Shown one piece after another: positions 1 through 9,692 of a stretch of 32,000 nucleotides of DNA. The translations under genes and the position numbers were made by a program. Position 1 is the stretch's first letter. Each line of letters starts with the position of its first letter. The notes below the pieces were generated by a model that worked only from the letters and a program-made list of their open reading frames with translations, ran no database searches and had not been told where the DNA came from. The stretch comes from a bacterium (lineage in GTDB: Bacteria > Bacteroidota > Rhodothermia > Balneolales > Balneolaceae): positions 299,395 to 331,394 of the forward strand of contig JANSXX010000002.1 of the NCBI GenBank assembly GCA_024742815.1, written 5' to 3'.

Positions 1-1
1 C

Positions 2-1435
2 GTATCGCAAGAAACACACCCTAATGATGGCCCTGTTTTTGCCGATCCATTAAATGACAATATGGTGTTCTTGACGACAGATCAAGGCATTGGTTTGTCA
101 ATAAACGGAGGTTCTTCGATTTTCGAAATAGATGATGGCGTGGAAGCTGTTCAGGTTCAGGATTTTGATATGATCGCATCCAAAAATGAAGGATGGATGG
201 CTTCGAAATCAGGGATCAGAAAAGTAAGTGATTTTCTAAGCAGCCCGAGTTGGAGTGGGGCCATGTTTCCACAAGGTGATGGGTCTCCATACTTCTCGAT
301 CGAGATTGACCCTAGCGATACAAATAGAGTATACGCAGGTAATATCCGAGTGTATCAAACGACAGATGAAGGCGCTAGCTGGAACCGGATTTTTACACCT
401 GAACAGGCCCCTTATAATTTGCCACATGTTGGAACTAAAGCTCGCGCTATTGAGGTAAGTCCGTACGATTCGAGTTTGATATTTGCTGCTTACGAAGTTC
501 AGGATAGTCTTCAAGGTGGGTTATTTTACAGTACCGATCGAGGGGCAAACTGGGAGCAGTTACTGCTAGAAGAAAGTGCCGAAGGTGAGGATACTGATGT
601 AACAGATGTGGTTTTCACCATCGAGAATGGTGACAGTATTGTATATGTAAGTGCCTTATACGATTTAGACCATCCATCTGGTCGCTCCATTTATAAGATT
701 ACAAAAAGTGGCTCCGGTTGGAATGTATCACAAGATATGAATGGCGGAACTACAAGTACCGGCTCGTTAATTGTAGCTTCGATTTGGGATTTAGAATTAA
801 CGGTAACCGGTGATACAGTAATTGCTGTAGGAACCGATGCAGGAATAAATCACCCCATTGCCTATTACAAAGCTCTGGATGGCGACAATCTTTGGACTCC
901 CATGACCACATCGGGTTTCCCTTTTGAGGAAGGAAAGTTGGCACGAGCTGTTTCAATTGGTGAAGACACACTTTTTGTAGCCGTGGATAATGAAGTGTAT
1001 TATCACGTTCTGGGTGAGAGTAGTTGGAATTTGGGGCATAGTTATCCGGTAGGAACCGAGATAAACGTTCTGTTTTATGATGAGTTACTGGTGGGAACAG
1101 GTATTGGTCTATTCTCTCACTTTAATTCCGGAACAACCGTTTCTAATGAAGAATCTGCAAACAGTTTTCCAAATAGAATCGAATTGAACCAAAATTACCC
1201 AAACCCTTTTAATCCAAGTACAAATATTCAATTTTCAATTCCTCATAGTGGATTGGTAAAGCTGGAAGTATTTAATGTATTAGGACAAAAAGTAGCTTCA
1301 CTTATTGATCAACCCATGTCGGCTGGAAGCCATACGATCAATTTTAATGCACGTGGATTATCGAGTGGCATTTATATATATAAATTGGCATTTGGAGAAC
1401 AGGTTTCGCTCAGAAAGATGTTGCTCATAAAATAA
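2..1435 (+). CDS. BNR/Asp-box repeat (sortilin/GH74-like beta-propeller) secreted protein with T9SS C-terminal sorting domain. The 5' end is cut by the window edge.
   Basis: The frame stays open from nt 2 (VSQETHPNDGPVFADPLNDN precedes the Met at 62), so the true N-terminus lies outside the window. Asp-box motifs TTDEGASW and STDRGANW are present. The last ~85 aa (nt ~1178-1432), NQNYPNPFNPSTNIQFSIP...GIYIYKL...MLLIK, follow the classic Por/T9SS CTD pattern. Confidence 0.8.
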   Translation, partial: VSQETHPNDGPVFADPLNDNMVFLTTDQGIGLSINGGSSIFEIDDGVEAVQVQDFDMIASKNEGWMASKSGIRKVSDFLSSPSWSGAMFPQGDGSPYFSIEIDPSDTNRVYAGNIRVYQTTDEGASWNRIFTPEQAPYNLPHVGTKARAIEVSPYDSSLIFAAYEVQDSLQGGLFYSTDRGANWEQLLLEESAEGEDTDVTDVVFTIENGDSIVYVSALYDLDHPSGRSIYKITKSGSGWNVSQDMNGGTTSTGSLIVASIWDLELTVTGDTVIAVGTDAGINHPIAYYKALDGDNLWTPMTTSGFPFEEGKLARAVSIGEDTLFVAVDNEVYYHVLGESSWNLGHSYPVGTEINVLFYDELLVGTGIGLFSHFNSGTTVSNEESANSFPNRIELNQNYPNPFNPSTNIQFSIPHSGLVKLEVFNVLGQKVASLIDQPMSAGSHTINFNARGLSSGIYIYKLAFGEQVSLRKMLLIK

Positions 1436-1446
1436 AATTCAGAGAA

Positions 1447-1475
1447 AAGGAGGGAGACCTCCTTTTTCTTGTTTT
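1447..1475 (+). terminator. Rho-independent terminator downstream of the BNR/T9SS gene
   Basis: Perfect 7-bp stem AAGGAGG / CCTCCTT (1447-1453 / 1458-1464) with loop GAGA, followed by TTTTTCTTGTTTT. Confidence 0.6.
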
Positions 1476-1525
1476 AGCTATAGTCATCTAATAGTGAAAG
1501 GCTGTATCTTTGATGCCTAATCTTA

Positions 1526-1912
1526 ATGAGATTCTTAGCATTGAAAAAAGGACTTTGGGACAGGATTGGAATAGCTTTATCCAGTATATGTGCCATTCAT
1601 TGTTTACTTGTACCTGTTGTAATTGCGCTAATTCCACTCTGGCCGGCTTTTGAGGAGTTTCACTCGTACACTCATTTGGTGTTTTTTCTCGCCATTACTC
1701 CTACAGTTATTTTATCTCTTCAACGAAAGCATGAATCTAAATCAGTTACGGGTTATTTATTTTCTGGGGTGATAATAATTTTTCTGGCTTGGTTGTTTCA
1801 CGAATATGTTGGTGAATATGGCGAAGCAGGAATTACGCTCATCGGGAGTGCACTTTTAATTAAAGGACATTGGACGAATTATAATCTCAAAACAGGATTT
1901 ACAGAAAGATAG
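1526..1912 (+). CDS. MerC-like small integral membrane protein
   Basis: 128 aa with about four hydrophobic helices. The first helix carries CAIHCLLVP, a Cys-x-x-x-Cys/His pattern I associate with MerC-domain proteins. Assigned from memory of the family, not from a search. Confidence 0.5.
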   Translation: MRFLALKKGLWDRIGIALSSICAIHCLLVPVVIALIPLWPAFEEFHSYTHLVFFLAITPTVILSLQRKHESKSVTGYLFSGVIIIFLAWLFHEYVGEYGEAGITLIGSALLIKGHWTNYNLKTGFTER

Positions 1913-2021
1913 TTTTTTCGGCTAATCGCTCCGCAAAAACACACCCATCGATTAGATAAGTTTAAATGAAAGTTAGTCGTGCAGATTATTATATTTGCTC
2001 AACAGCTACGATTGACTATCT

Positions 2022-2873
2022 GTGACTACAAAGACAGGCTATTTAATACTCTTACTCTTCTCATTGTTTGGATGTGACGTCATTGAGACTTCCGACATCC
2101 CTGACTATCCTGTCACCATTGAGCCAATGTCGTTGTTGGCGTTAGATGATTTGAACAGAGAATATCAACAAGTGAATAATGGTAAGCTTTGCTCTACGCT
2201 AAATGAATACGGATTTACCGGTTTTAGTCGGATTTTATTTCCAAACGATGTGAACCCTTGTTCAGGAAGAGTGCCAGAAAAAGTTGAATTAGATGATCCG
2301 GATCCTCTAATAAATCTGGCTAAACAAAGTGTAGTATTCAATTCGAGATTCACCAATGTAGATGAATTATCAGCACTTGACATTAAAGAATTAGTTCCGC
2401 TCTACGGTTGTACAATCTGCGAAGGTCCGGAAACGAATAGCGTTCCACTTGAATGGAAAATCATTTTCGACAATCAAAGATATCAGTCTATTGAAGTGGC
2501 CGACACTGAAATAATAGTCTTTGTTGATGCTAAAGGTGTAAATAGAATTTGGGGAAACTGGTATTCAGAAATTTATGCACCCGGTTTGCTGGATGTTGGA
2601 TATCTTGAAGCCAAAGAACGTATTATCGGCGAAGAATTGAACTTACTTACAGTAACACAACAAGATAGTTTGCTGGCAATAACCCACGAAATGGTTGGGC
2701 AACCCGACAATTTTGAGATTATTCCACTTAAGAATAATAATGAAGCCTTGGAGTTGAGAAAAGCTTGGGTAGTGCCGATAAGTTTTAAAAGTCAACATTA
2801 TGAACGAATAAACGCATATGTTGATGCAGTAGATGGTTCAATATTAATGTACAGAGCCGTAAACTTTGAATAA
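2022..2873 (+). CDS. Hypothetical lipoprotein with a PepSY-like C-terminus
   Basis: GTG start. The N-terminus MTTKTGYLILLLFSLFGC has a lipobox-like LFGC. The C-terminal stretch AWVVPISF...INAYVDAVDGSILMY resembles the PepSY/FTP pattern (..VDA.tG.il). Function unknown. Confidence 0.55.
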   Translation: MTTKTGYLILLLFSLFGCDVIETSDIPDYPVTIEPMSLLALDDLNREYQQVNNGKLCSTLNEYGFTGFSRILFPNDVNPCSGRVPEKVELDDPDPLINLAKQSVVFNSRFTNVDELSALDIKELVPLYGCTICEGPETNSVPLEWKIIFDNQRYQSIEVADTEIIVFVDAKGVNRIWGNWYSEIYAPGLLDVGYLEAKERIIGEELNLLTVTQQDSLLAITHEMVGQPDNFEIIPLKNNNEALELRKAWVVPISFKSQHYERINAYVDAVDGSILMYRAVNFE

Positions 2874-3000
2874 AGAAGTTATAAATATGAGTATCTAATT
2901 TATTTCGAGCGATCATTGGCATTATCTCGAAAGTAACATTAGATTTCAGACTACTCTTTTATTCAAAAAGAACATCAAAGACCAAATTAGGAATAAGACG

Positions 3001-3378
3001 TTGAGTGATTTAAACGGAAAAAGAAAGCGAGTACTAATTGTAGAAGATGACATGATTATTTCTCTTGTTATCGAAAATATGGTTAAAGAACTTGGTCACG
3101 AAGTTGTTGGTAAGGCTACCTCTGGTGATGAAGCTATTCGTTTAGCTACCGAGCATGTACCCGACTTAGTGCTCATGGACATTCGACTTAAAGGCGATAT
3201 GGATGGAATCGAGGCGGTGTCAGCCATTAAAGATAGCATCGATACATCGGTTATTTATCTCACAGGAAACTCAGATCGAGTTAATTACGAGCGCGCACGC
3301 GAGACAGATTTCATCGATTTAATAACTAAGCCATTCACCATCTCTGATCTTACCAGATCGATGGATTTGCTTAATTAA
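3001..3378 (+). CDS. Stand-alone response-regulator receiver (CheY-like) protein
   Basis: TTG start preceded by AGGAA. The first ATG would delete beta-1 of the domain. Receiver hallmarks are RVLIVEDD (acidic pocket), LVLMDIRL (phospho-acceptor Asp), YLTG and KPF. There is no output domain (125 aa). Confidence 0.85.
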   Translation: MSDLNGKRKRVLIVEDDMIISLVIENMVKELGHEVVGKATSGDEAIRLATEHVPDLVLMDIRLKGDMDGIEAVSAIKDSIDTSVIYLTGNSDRVNYERARETDFIDLITKPFTISDLTRSMDLLN

Positions 3379-3429
3379 TACTTCTTTTCTGCATCTTTCT
3401 ATATATTATTCCGTAACAGTTCGCCATAA

Positions 3430-4128
3430 TTGCGGGATACTATGAGTACAAAGTTCAAAAACCTAAAGAATGATCTTCAAGACCTCGAACAAGAGGTTGA
3501 CGAAACCGTTCTAAATACTCCCACAAGCACTTCAGGTGGGAGTAATTCTAAAGTAGCCAACTACATTCTTTTATTTGCATTCGTGGCTACATTGCTTTTT
3601 TATACCGGCAATAGAGTAGGCGATTTTTTTAGTGGAATAAACCCAATAGATGATTTTGTACAAGCAATAGATCAGCCAAGTGAAGATATTATTGTTGGTA
3701 TGGGTAATTGGATGCAAGACATGGGTTACGGAGAATTATCCCGTGAAGAGCTTCTCGATTTGAGAAGTGAAGGTGTTACGGCAACATATACTTCTCAAAT
3801 TAGAGATGTTGGATACGAGCCAACACTGGAACAATTAGTAGAATTACAGAGAGCTGATGTTAGTGCTACTTATGCCCGAATGATGAAAGAATTAGGGTAT
3901 GACCTGACAATTGAGCAATTAGCAGAAACACGACGAAACGAAGTAACAGCCTTCTTCACCTCAAATATGCTAGATTTAGGGTACACACTTGAAGAAATGA
4001 CGGTTGAAAAACTTATTGGCATGCGCAGTGTAGGTGTTTCACATAATATGGCTGAACGCCTAATTGCAGAGCGAGGCGAACGACCAACTATCGATGAACT
4101 TATTCGTTACGCGATCAGTAATCAATAA
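3430..4128 (+). CDS. Single-pass membrane protein with C-terminal tandem 28-29 aa repeats
   Basis: The ORF opens at TTG 3430, but ATG 3442 (MSTKFKN...) is the more likely start. It has an N-terminal charged coiled segment, one TM helix (YILLFAFVATLLFYTG), then repeats built on a recurring GY dipeptide. No family recognised with confidence. Confidence 0.6.
   Translation: MRDTMSTKFKNLKNDLQDLEQEVDETVLNTPTSTSGGSNSKVANYILLFAFVATLLFYTGNRVGDFFSGINPIDDFVQAIDQPSEDIIVGMGNWMQDMGYGELSREELLDLRSEGVTATYTSQIRDVGYEPTLEQLVELQRADVSATYARMMKELGYDLTIEQLAETRRNEVTAFFTSNMLDLGYTLEEMTVEKLIGMRSVGVSHNMAERLIAERGERPTIDELIRYAISNQ
3706..4104 (+). repeat. Intragenic tandem protein repeats, period 28-29 aa (~85 nt), 4-5 copies
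   Basis: The GY dipeptide recurs at residues 99, 128, 156 and 184. The unit is MGYgELsrEELldLRseGVTAtY / VGYePTLEQLvELQraDVSAtY / LGYdLTIEQLaETRrnEVTAfF / LGYtLEEMTVEKLigMRsvGVS, followed by a degenerate fifth copy (ERPTIDELIRY). Confidence 0.7.
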
Positions 4129-4232
4129 AAGCCCTTCCATAAAAAAATAGGGGTTCACGTATTATTCACATTCCGATTATAGCTTCCATTTGCTACTTTC
4201 AGGCTTCTTAACTCTTTAAGTAAACCGGACAA

Positions 4233-5156
4233 ATGGCTGAATTTGAATTACCAACTGTAGATCTGAATGTATATTCCCCCAAAAATCCTGCCGAAGCTAC
4301 CATTGTAGAAAACTTCGTTTGTACGGCAGAAAGTAGTCCGAATATTATCAGGCATATTACGTTCGACCTGTCTGGTACCGATTTAGTTGGGAAATTTAAA
4401 GTTGGGCAATCTATTGGAGTGCTTCCCCCCGGCGAAGATGAACGCGGTAAACCCCATAAACTTCGTCTTTACTCGGTTTCATCGCCTTCAAAAGGGGAGA
4501 AAGGAAAACCACATTTGGTATCAACAACTGTGAAACGTGCAATGGATGAAGTAGACGGTACTTTTTATACCGGAGTATGTTCGAACTACTTGTGTAATTT
4601 AAAGCCCGGCGATAAGGTAAAGGTTACCGGACCTAGTGGGCGAAGATATTTACTACCAACCAATGCCAAAGATTTTAATTACGTTTTCTTTGCAACGGGA
4701 ACCGGAATAGCTCCATTTAGAGGAATGATTATGGAGCTTTTTGAGCAAGGAATTACCAATCAGGTAGCACTTGTTTTTGGGTGTCCTTATCGAACAGATG
4801 TAATTTACCCTGAGTATTTACACGAAATGGAAGCGAAACACAACAACTTCCATTACATCAAAATGATTTCTAGAGAAGATCGCAGAGCAGACGGATCGAA
4901 ATATTACGTGCAAACAGCTATTGACGATCATGCTGATACACTGTCTCCAATTTTAGCAGCAGATAACACCTTAATCTATCTCTGCGGAATGAAAGGAATG
5001 GAAACAGGAATTTACCAAAACCTTGCTAAGCATGGCTTCTTTAGCTATCTCAATCTTAAAGGCGATTTAGCTGATAGAGATCCATCCACCTGGAGTTGGG
5101 AAGAATCCAAAAAAATGATCAAACCATCTGTCCGCACCTTCGAAGAGGTATACTAA
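4233..5156 (+). CDS. Plant-type ferredoxin--NADP(+) reductase
   Basis: RLYSVSS (FAD-binding RLYSIAS-type motif), GTGIAPFRG (NADP-binding motif), YLCGMKGM, and a protein ending in ...FEEVY with the terminal aromatic Tyr typical of plant-type FNR. Confidence 0.85.
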   Translation: MAEFELPTVDLNVYSPKNPAEATIVENFVCTAESSPNIIRHITFDLSGTDLVGKFKVGQSIGVLPPGEDERGKPHKLRLYSVSSPSKGEKGKPHLVSTTVKRAMDEVDGTFYTGVCSNYLCNLKPGDKVKVTGPSGRRYLLPTNAKDFNYVFFATGTGIAPFRGMIMELFEQGITNQVALVFGCPYRTDVIYPEYLHEMEAKHNNFHYIKMISREDRRADGSKYYVQTAIDDHADTLSPILAADNTLIYLCGMKGMETGIYQNLAKHGFFSYLNLKGDLADRDPSTWSWEESKKMIKPSVRTFEEVY

Positions 5157-5158
5157 AC

Positions 5159-5734
5159 TCAGATCTTTTTAAAGCCACCGGTAACTCCTCCCGATACAAT
5201 AAATCGCATAAAATCGGTTGAATCGATTTTAATAGGGGTTACACATTCTTTAGGTACTACATATAAATTACCTGAGAAATTATAGGAATGAGGACAGTAA
5301 ATAGCGACTTCATCCGCTAAATCAAATTGTTCTAAGGAATCTTGAGTTATAAATCCAAAACGGATTACACCGGTATCACCAAAGGTAACTTTAGCCGGCT
5401 GATTAAATTTTTTACGCTCGCCTACAAAGGCTTCAGTCAAATCCTTCAACGAGGTGTAGATCATACTTACGAGCGGCATTTTCGTAATGATCCGCTCGAA
5501 AATATGAACAATGGGTTTGGTGAATGCCCGATTAAATACGTAACCAATTAAAGCTATGAACAGGAAACCGGTTATTATTCCAAGTCCGGGAATTTCAATA
5601 TTGATCCATCCCAAAAATAAATCTGCAAAAATAGAATTCAACCAATCCATAGTAATGGCAACCAGATAAATAGTGGCGCCAACGGGAAATACAATCAGCA
5701 TTCCCCTAAAGAAATTGTTTAATAGAGTTTTCAT
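5159..5734 (-). CDS. DUF502-like membrane protein
   Basis: 191 aa. Two N-terminal TM helices are followed by a conserved soluble domain (PLVSMIYTSLKDL...). Length and layout match my recollection of DUF502. It converges on the FNR gene with a 2-nt spacer. Confidence 0.6.
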   Translation of the reverse strand: MKTLLNNFFRGMLIVFPVGATIYLVAITMDWLNSIFADLFLGWINIEIPGLGIITGFLFIALIGYVFNRAFTKPIVHIFERIITKMPLVSMIYTSLKDLTEAFVGERKKFNQPAKVTFGDTGVIRFGFITQDSLEQFDLADEVAIYCPHSYNFSGNLYVVPKECVTPIKIDSTDFMRFIVSGGVTGGFKKI

Positions 5735-5827
5735 CCCTGTTTCACGGGTTTAATTAATGAGTTAGAGGTGGATTTTTTTTATCTTCCCACCCTTAATTTT
5801 TTTGATCCAATTTTATAAACATAAGTA

Positions 5828-8491
5828 ATGTCGATAAAGACTTCTTCCCAAATACGAGATGAATTTCTACAATTTTTTGCTGATAAAAAGCATGCCATTG
5901 TAAAAAGTGCACCGGTTGTACCAAAAGATGATCCAACCTTGCTATTTACAAATGCCGGCATGAATCAGTTCAAACCTATTTTTTTAGGAGAAGAACAAAC
6001 ACTCGACCACGAAGGGAAAAAGTGGAATCGTGCTGCCGATACGCAAAAATGTATCCGGGTAAGCGGTAAACATAACGATTTGGAGGAAGTTGGCCACGAT
6101 ACCTATCATCATACCTTATTCGAGATGTTAGGGAATTGGTCGTTTGGCGATTACTTCAAAAAAGAAGCTATTGGTTGGGCATGGGAGCTATTAGTAGATG
6201 TTTGGGGAATGGATCCAAATCGAATTTATGCCACCGTATTTGCAGGAGATGAAGAAGACGGTTTGCCCACCGATGACGAAGCGATTGAGCTCTGGAAATC
6301 GGAAACAACCATAGCTCACGAACATATTCTCAAGTTTGATAAGAAAGATAATTTCTGGGAAATGGGCGATACTGGACCGTGTGGTCCCTGCTCAGAATTA
6401 CACATCGATCTTCGACCGGATAATGAGCGGCAGGAAGTGGATGGCGCAAGCTTGGTAAATATGGACGATCCGAGAGTGATCGAAATATGGAATTTAGTAT
6501 TCATACAGTTTAACCGACAACCGGATGGCAGCCTTAAATCTTTGCCCGCAAAGCACGTAGATACCGGAATGGGGTTTGAACGAGTATGTGCCGTACTCCA
6601 AGGGAAGATGTCGAATTATGATTCGGATGTATTCACTCCATTACTCAATAGGATATCGGAGCTTGCCGGAACTGCTTATGGCAAAGATAAAGAAAAAGAT
6701 ATTGCTATGCGGGTTATTGCAGATCACATTCGTGCAGTTGCATTTTCCATTGCTGATGGGGCTTCACCCGGAAACGATGGTCGTGGCTACGTAATTCGGC
6801 GAATTCAACGTCGAGCCATTCGTTACGGCTGGGATAAACTAGGGTTTAAAGAACCATTTATGTATCGGCTGGTGGATGTACTCGCTGATCAGTTTAGTGA
6901 TGTATTTCCGGAGATTGTCGCACAACAAGAATACATCACTAATGTGATACATGCCGAAGAACGAAGTTTTTTGAAAACTCTTGGCCAAGGCATTGGTATT
7001 TTTAACGAGATGATTGCCAACTCTAAACAGTTATCCGGTGCCGATGCATTTAAATTGCATGATACCTATGGCTTTCCCATCGATTTAACACAGCTAATGG
7101 CACGAGAAAAAGGTGTTTCTGTGGATGAAGAGGGATTTAACCAACGCATGCAGGAACAAAAAGATCGGGCTCGAGCAGCGGGTAAGTTTTCGGTTGATCA
7201 AAGCAAAGTGAATGAATGGAATGTGTTAATCGACTCGGATGAGTTTGAGTTTGTGGGCTACGATGAGTTTGAGGCGGAAGTACTCATCACGTCTTATCGA
7301 AAAGAAGGAGAGCGCTACGCATTCACCTTAAATAAAACTCCATTTTATGCAGAAAGTGGTGGTCAGGTTGCCGATACCGGTATGCTCTCTAACGGTGCCG
7401 ATTTCATTCACGTTATTGATGTGCAAAAAGGAAATGGGAATTACATCCACTACACCGAGGAGTTACCCGGAAACTTAGCCGGATTATGGACCGCGTCGAT
7501 AGATTTAAAAAAGCGCCTCGAGATTCAGAAACATCACTCTGCAACACACTTGGCTCATGCAGCATTAAGAAACGTTCTTGGTGAACATGTGGCGCAAAAG
7601 GGATCTTTGGTGAACGATTATCATCTTAGATTCGATTTTTCTCACTTTGAGGCGATGACCCAAGAAGAGCTCGACAAAGTAGAAGCAGAAGTGAATGCTA
7701 AGATTCAAGAGAATATTCCACTGTTTGAGGAAAGAAATGTTCCGATTGAGGAAGCCAAAGAGAAAGGGGCGATGATGCTATTTGGTGAGAAATATGGCGA
7801 TTTTGTGCGAGTAATTACTTTTGATGAAGAATATTCAGTTGAACTGTGTGGAGGTACTCATGTAGGTGCAACCGGCGAAATCGGATACTTTAGATTTTTA
7901 CACGAAAGTTCTGTTGCCGCAGGGATTCGCCGAATTGAAGCCGTGTGTGGAGATGCTGCCGATAAATTGCTGCGAGAAGAGAAAGAGATTGTTAGAGAAG
8001 TAAAATCACTATTTGGCCAAACCAACGATCCGGTTTCAAACATCAAAAAGTTGATGGACGAGAAAAAAGCCCTTGAAAAAGAACTGGAAAAAGTTCAAAT
8101 GGCGAATTCGGGTGCACTACTTGATAACATCTTATCAAAAAAAGAAAAACTGGATGGTATAGAAATTTCTAAAGGAGAAATACCCGGAGCCGATGTAGCC
8201 ACTTTAAAGCAATTAGGCTACGATGCACTGCAAAAAGTGAATAAAGACCGAATAATTGTGCTCGGCTCTAAAGATGAAGAAAACGGTAAAGTGTTTTTAA
8301 TGGTTGCCGTTACCGAAGATTTGATTTCAGGGAAAAATCTGAAAGCCGGGGCCTTAGTTGGTAAATTAGGACGCTTAGTTGGCGGCGGTGGCGGTGGCCA
8401 ACCAAACTTAGCAACGGCTGGTGGTAAAAATCCCGAAAAACTATCTGAAGCACTTTCGAGTGTTCAAGAAATAGTAAAGGAATCACTTTGA
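5828..8491 (+). CDS. alaS: Alanine--tRNA ligase
   Basis: 887 aa. N-terminal FLQFFADKKHAIVKSAPVVP...LLFTNAGMNQFK, class II core FEMLGNWSFGDYFK, editing-domain motifs HHSATHL and CGGTHV, and a C-terminal GGGGGGQP DHHA1-type segment. Confidence 0.97.
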   Translation: MSIKTSSQIRDEFLQFFADKKHAIVKSAPVVPKDDPTLLFTNAGMNQFKPIFLGEEQTLDHEGKKWNRAADTQKCIRVSGKHNDLEEVGHDTYHHTLFEMLGNWSFGDYFKKEAIGWAWELLVDVWGMDPNRIYATVFAGDEEDGLPTDDEAIELWKSETTIAHEHILKFDKKDNFWEMGDTGPCGPCSELHIDLRPDNERQEVDGASLVNMDDPRVIEIWNLVFIQFNRQPDGSLKSLPAKHVDTGMGFERVCAVLQGKMSNYDSDVFTPLLNRISELAGTAYGKDKEKDIAMRVIADHIRAVAFSIADGASPGNDGRGYVIRRIQRRAIRYGWDKLGFKEPFMYRLVDVLADQFSDVFPEIVAQQEYITNVIHAEERSFLKTLGQGIGIFNEMIANSKQLSGADAFKLHDTYGFPIDLTQLMAREKGVSVDEEGFNQRMQEQKDRARAAGKFSVDQSKVNEWNVLIDSDEFEFVGYDEFEAEVLITSYRKEGERYAFTLNKTPFYAESGGQVADTGMLSNGADFIHVIDVQKGNGNYIHYTEELPGNLAGLWTASIDLKKRLEIQKHHSATHLAHAALRNVLGEHVAQKGSLVNDYHLRFDFSHFEAMTQEELDKVEAEVNAKIQENIPLFEERNVPIEEAKEKGAMMLFGEKYGDFVRVITFDEEYSVELCGGTHVGATGEIGYFRFLHESSVAAGIRRIEAVCGDAADKLLREEKEIVREVKSLFGQTNDPVSNIKKLMDEKKALEKELEKVQMANSGALLDNILSKKEKLDGIEISKGEIPGADVATLKQLGYDALQKVNKDRIIVLGSKDEENGKVFLMVAVTEDLISGKNLKAGALVGKLGRLVGGGGGGQPNLATAGGKNPEKLSEALSSVQEIVKESL

Positions 8492-8579
8492 CTTCCTTTA
8501 CCAAACCCAATCACGAATTCTGATAAAAAATTGATATATTCTCACCCCGTTTTGGGTAAGAGTTTTCAAAAACATATTT

Positions 8580-9680
8580 ATGGCAAAAAAGAAAAAGGAA
8601 GAAATCCGATTTGCACCCACCGGTATAGGTGATGTTAATGAAGGAGCAGTACAAAAAGGGGTTGACCTCCCAGATGCAACCGACAAAACACATAAAGACT
8701 TAGGATTATCTGAGGAGCAGCTATTGGCGATGTTCGAGCAAATGTATTTGCAACGCCGTTTCGAAGAGCGCTCCATGCAGCAGTATCAAAAAGGAAAATT
8801 TGGTGGTTTTCTTCACCTGTACATCGGGCAAGAAGCTATTTCAACTGGAACTACATTCGCTCTGGACGATGAGGATGATATCATCACTGCCTATCGCGAC
8901 CATGGTTGGGGACTGTGCCGAGGTATTTCGGCTAAAGCCGGTATGGCCGAACTTTTTGGTAAGGCAACAGGCTCTTCGCGAGGTAAAGGCGGAAGTATGC
9001 ACTTTGCAAATGCCGAGAAGAAATTCTGGGGTGGATATGGTATTGTAGGTGGACATATTCCTATTAATGCTGGATTTGCTTTCGCTAATAAGTACAATGC
9101 AAACGGTAATATTTCGGCCTGCTTTTTTGGTGATGGTGCGGTAGATCAAGGTGCATTACATGAAACGTTAAATCTTGCTCAATTGTGGAAATTACCTGCA
9201 ATATTTGTTGTAGAAAATAACGGTTACTCAATGGGGACCGCAGCTGCACGCCATACAGTAGCTGAAATCGTAGACCGTGCGAAAGGTTACAATATGAAGA
9301 GTGCAGTTATCAATGGAATGGATCTATTCTCGGTGTATGAGAAGATGAAAGAGATCGCAGATGATGTACGCGAAAATTCAGAACCATGGTTCGTAGAAAT
9401 CAGAACGTATCGTTACCGTGGACATTCAATGTCGGATCCGCAAAAGTATCGAACCAAAGAAGAGCTCGAAGAATATCAGAAGATTGACCCAATTCAACGG
9501 CTAAAAACATACTTACTTGAAAACGATCTGGCTAAGGAAGATCAATTAAAAGAAATAGAAGATAAGGTAGAACAGGAAGTGCTGGATGCTGTAGAGTTTG
9601 CGGATGAATCGCCTTTCCCTGAAGAGAAAGAACTCTACGAAGACATGTTTGTAGAAGACGACCCTTACTTCCACGTTTAA
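8580..9680 (+). CDS. pdhA: Pyruvate dehydrogenase E1 component, alpha subunit
   Basis: ThDP-binding motif GDGAVDQGALHETLNLAQLWKLPAIFVVENNGYSMGT. YRYRGHSMSDP loop typical of heterotetrameric E1-alpha. Immediately followed by E1-beta and E2. Confidence 0.9.
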   Translation: MAKKKKEEIRFAPTGIGDVNEGAVQKGVDLPDATDKTHKDLGLSEEQLLAMFEQMYLQRRFEERSMQQYQKGKFGGFLHLYIGQEAISTGTTFALDDEDDIITAYRDHGWGLCRGISAKAGMAELFGKATGSSRGKGGSMHFANAEKKFWGGYGIVGGHIPINAGFAFANKYNANGNISACFFGDGAVDQGALHETLNLAQLWKLPAIFVVENNGYSMGTAAARHTVAEIVDRAKGYNMKSAVINGMDLFSVYEKMKEIADDVRENSEPWFVEIRTYRYRGHSMSDPQKYRTKEELEEYQKIDPIQRLKTYLLENDLAKEDQLKEIEDKVEQEVLDAVEFADESPFPEEKELYEDMFVEDDPYFHV

Positions 9681-9692
9681 TCACACAATTTC

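Noticed and set aside
1178-1432. Possible DNA repeat between the two T9SS CTD-coding segments (1178-1432 and 28803-29057)
   Set aside because: The similarity (NQNYPNPFNPST...) is at protein level only. Codon choices differ throughout, so this is a shared domain family, not a nucleotide repeat or recombination substrate.
5779-5961. 60-aa minus-strand ORF overlapping the alaS start
   Set aside because: It overlaps the highly conserved N-terminus of AlaRS on the opposite strand and has no signal of its own.
8385-8402. GGC/GGT triplet run (GGCGGCGGTGGCGGTGGC) near the 3' end of alaS
   Set aside because: It encodes the conserved poly-Gly loop (GGGGGGQP) of the AlaRS C-terminal DHHA1-type domain. 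It is a functional motif, not a microsatellite of interest.
8474-8501. 9-bp hairpin GTAAAGGAA/TTCCTTTAC spanning the alaS stop codon
   Set aside because: It is not followed by a U-tract (CAAACCCAATC), so it is not a convincing intrinsic terminator. It may be fortuitous or a minor mRNA-stability element.
8498-8776. 92-aa and 60-aa minus-strand ORFs spanning the alaS-pdhA intergenic region and the pdhA 5' end
   Set aside because: They are antisense to the pdhA start and have low-complexity, Cys/Phe-rich sequence with no recognisable motifs. The plus-strand E1-alpha call explains the region.
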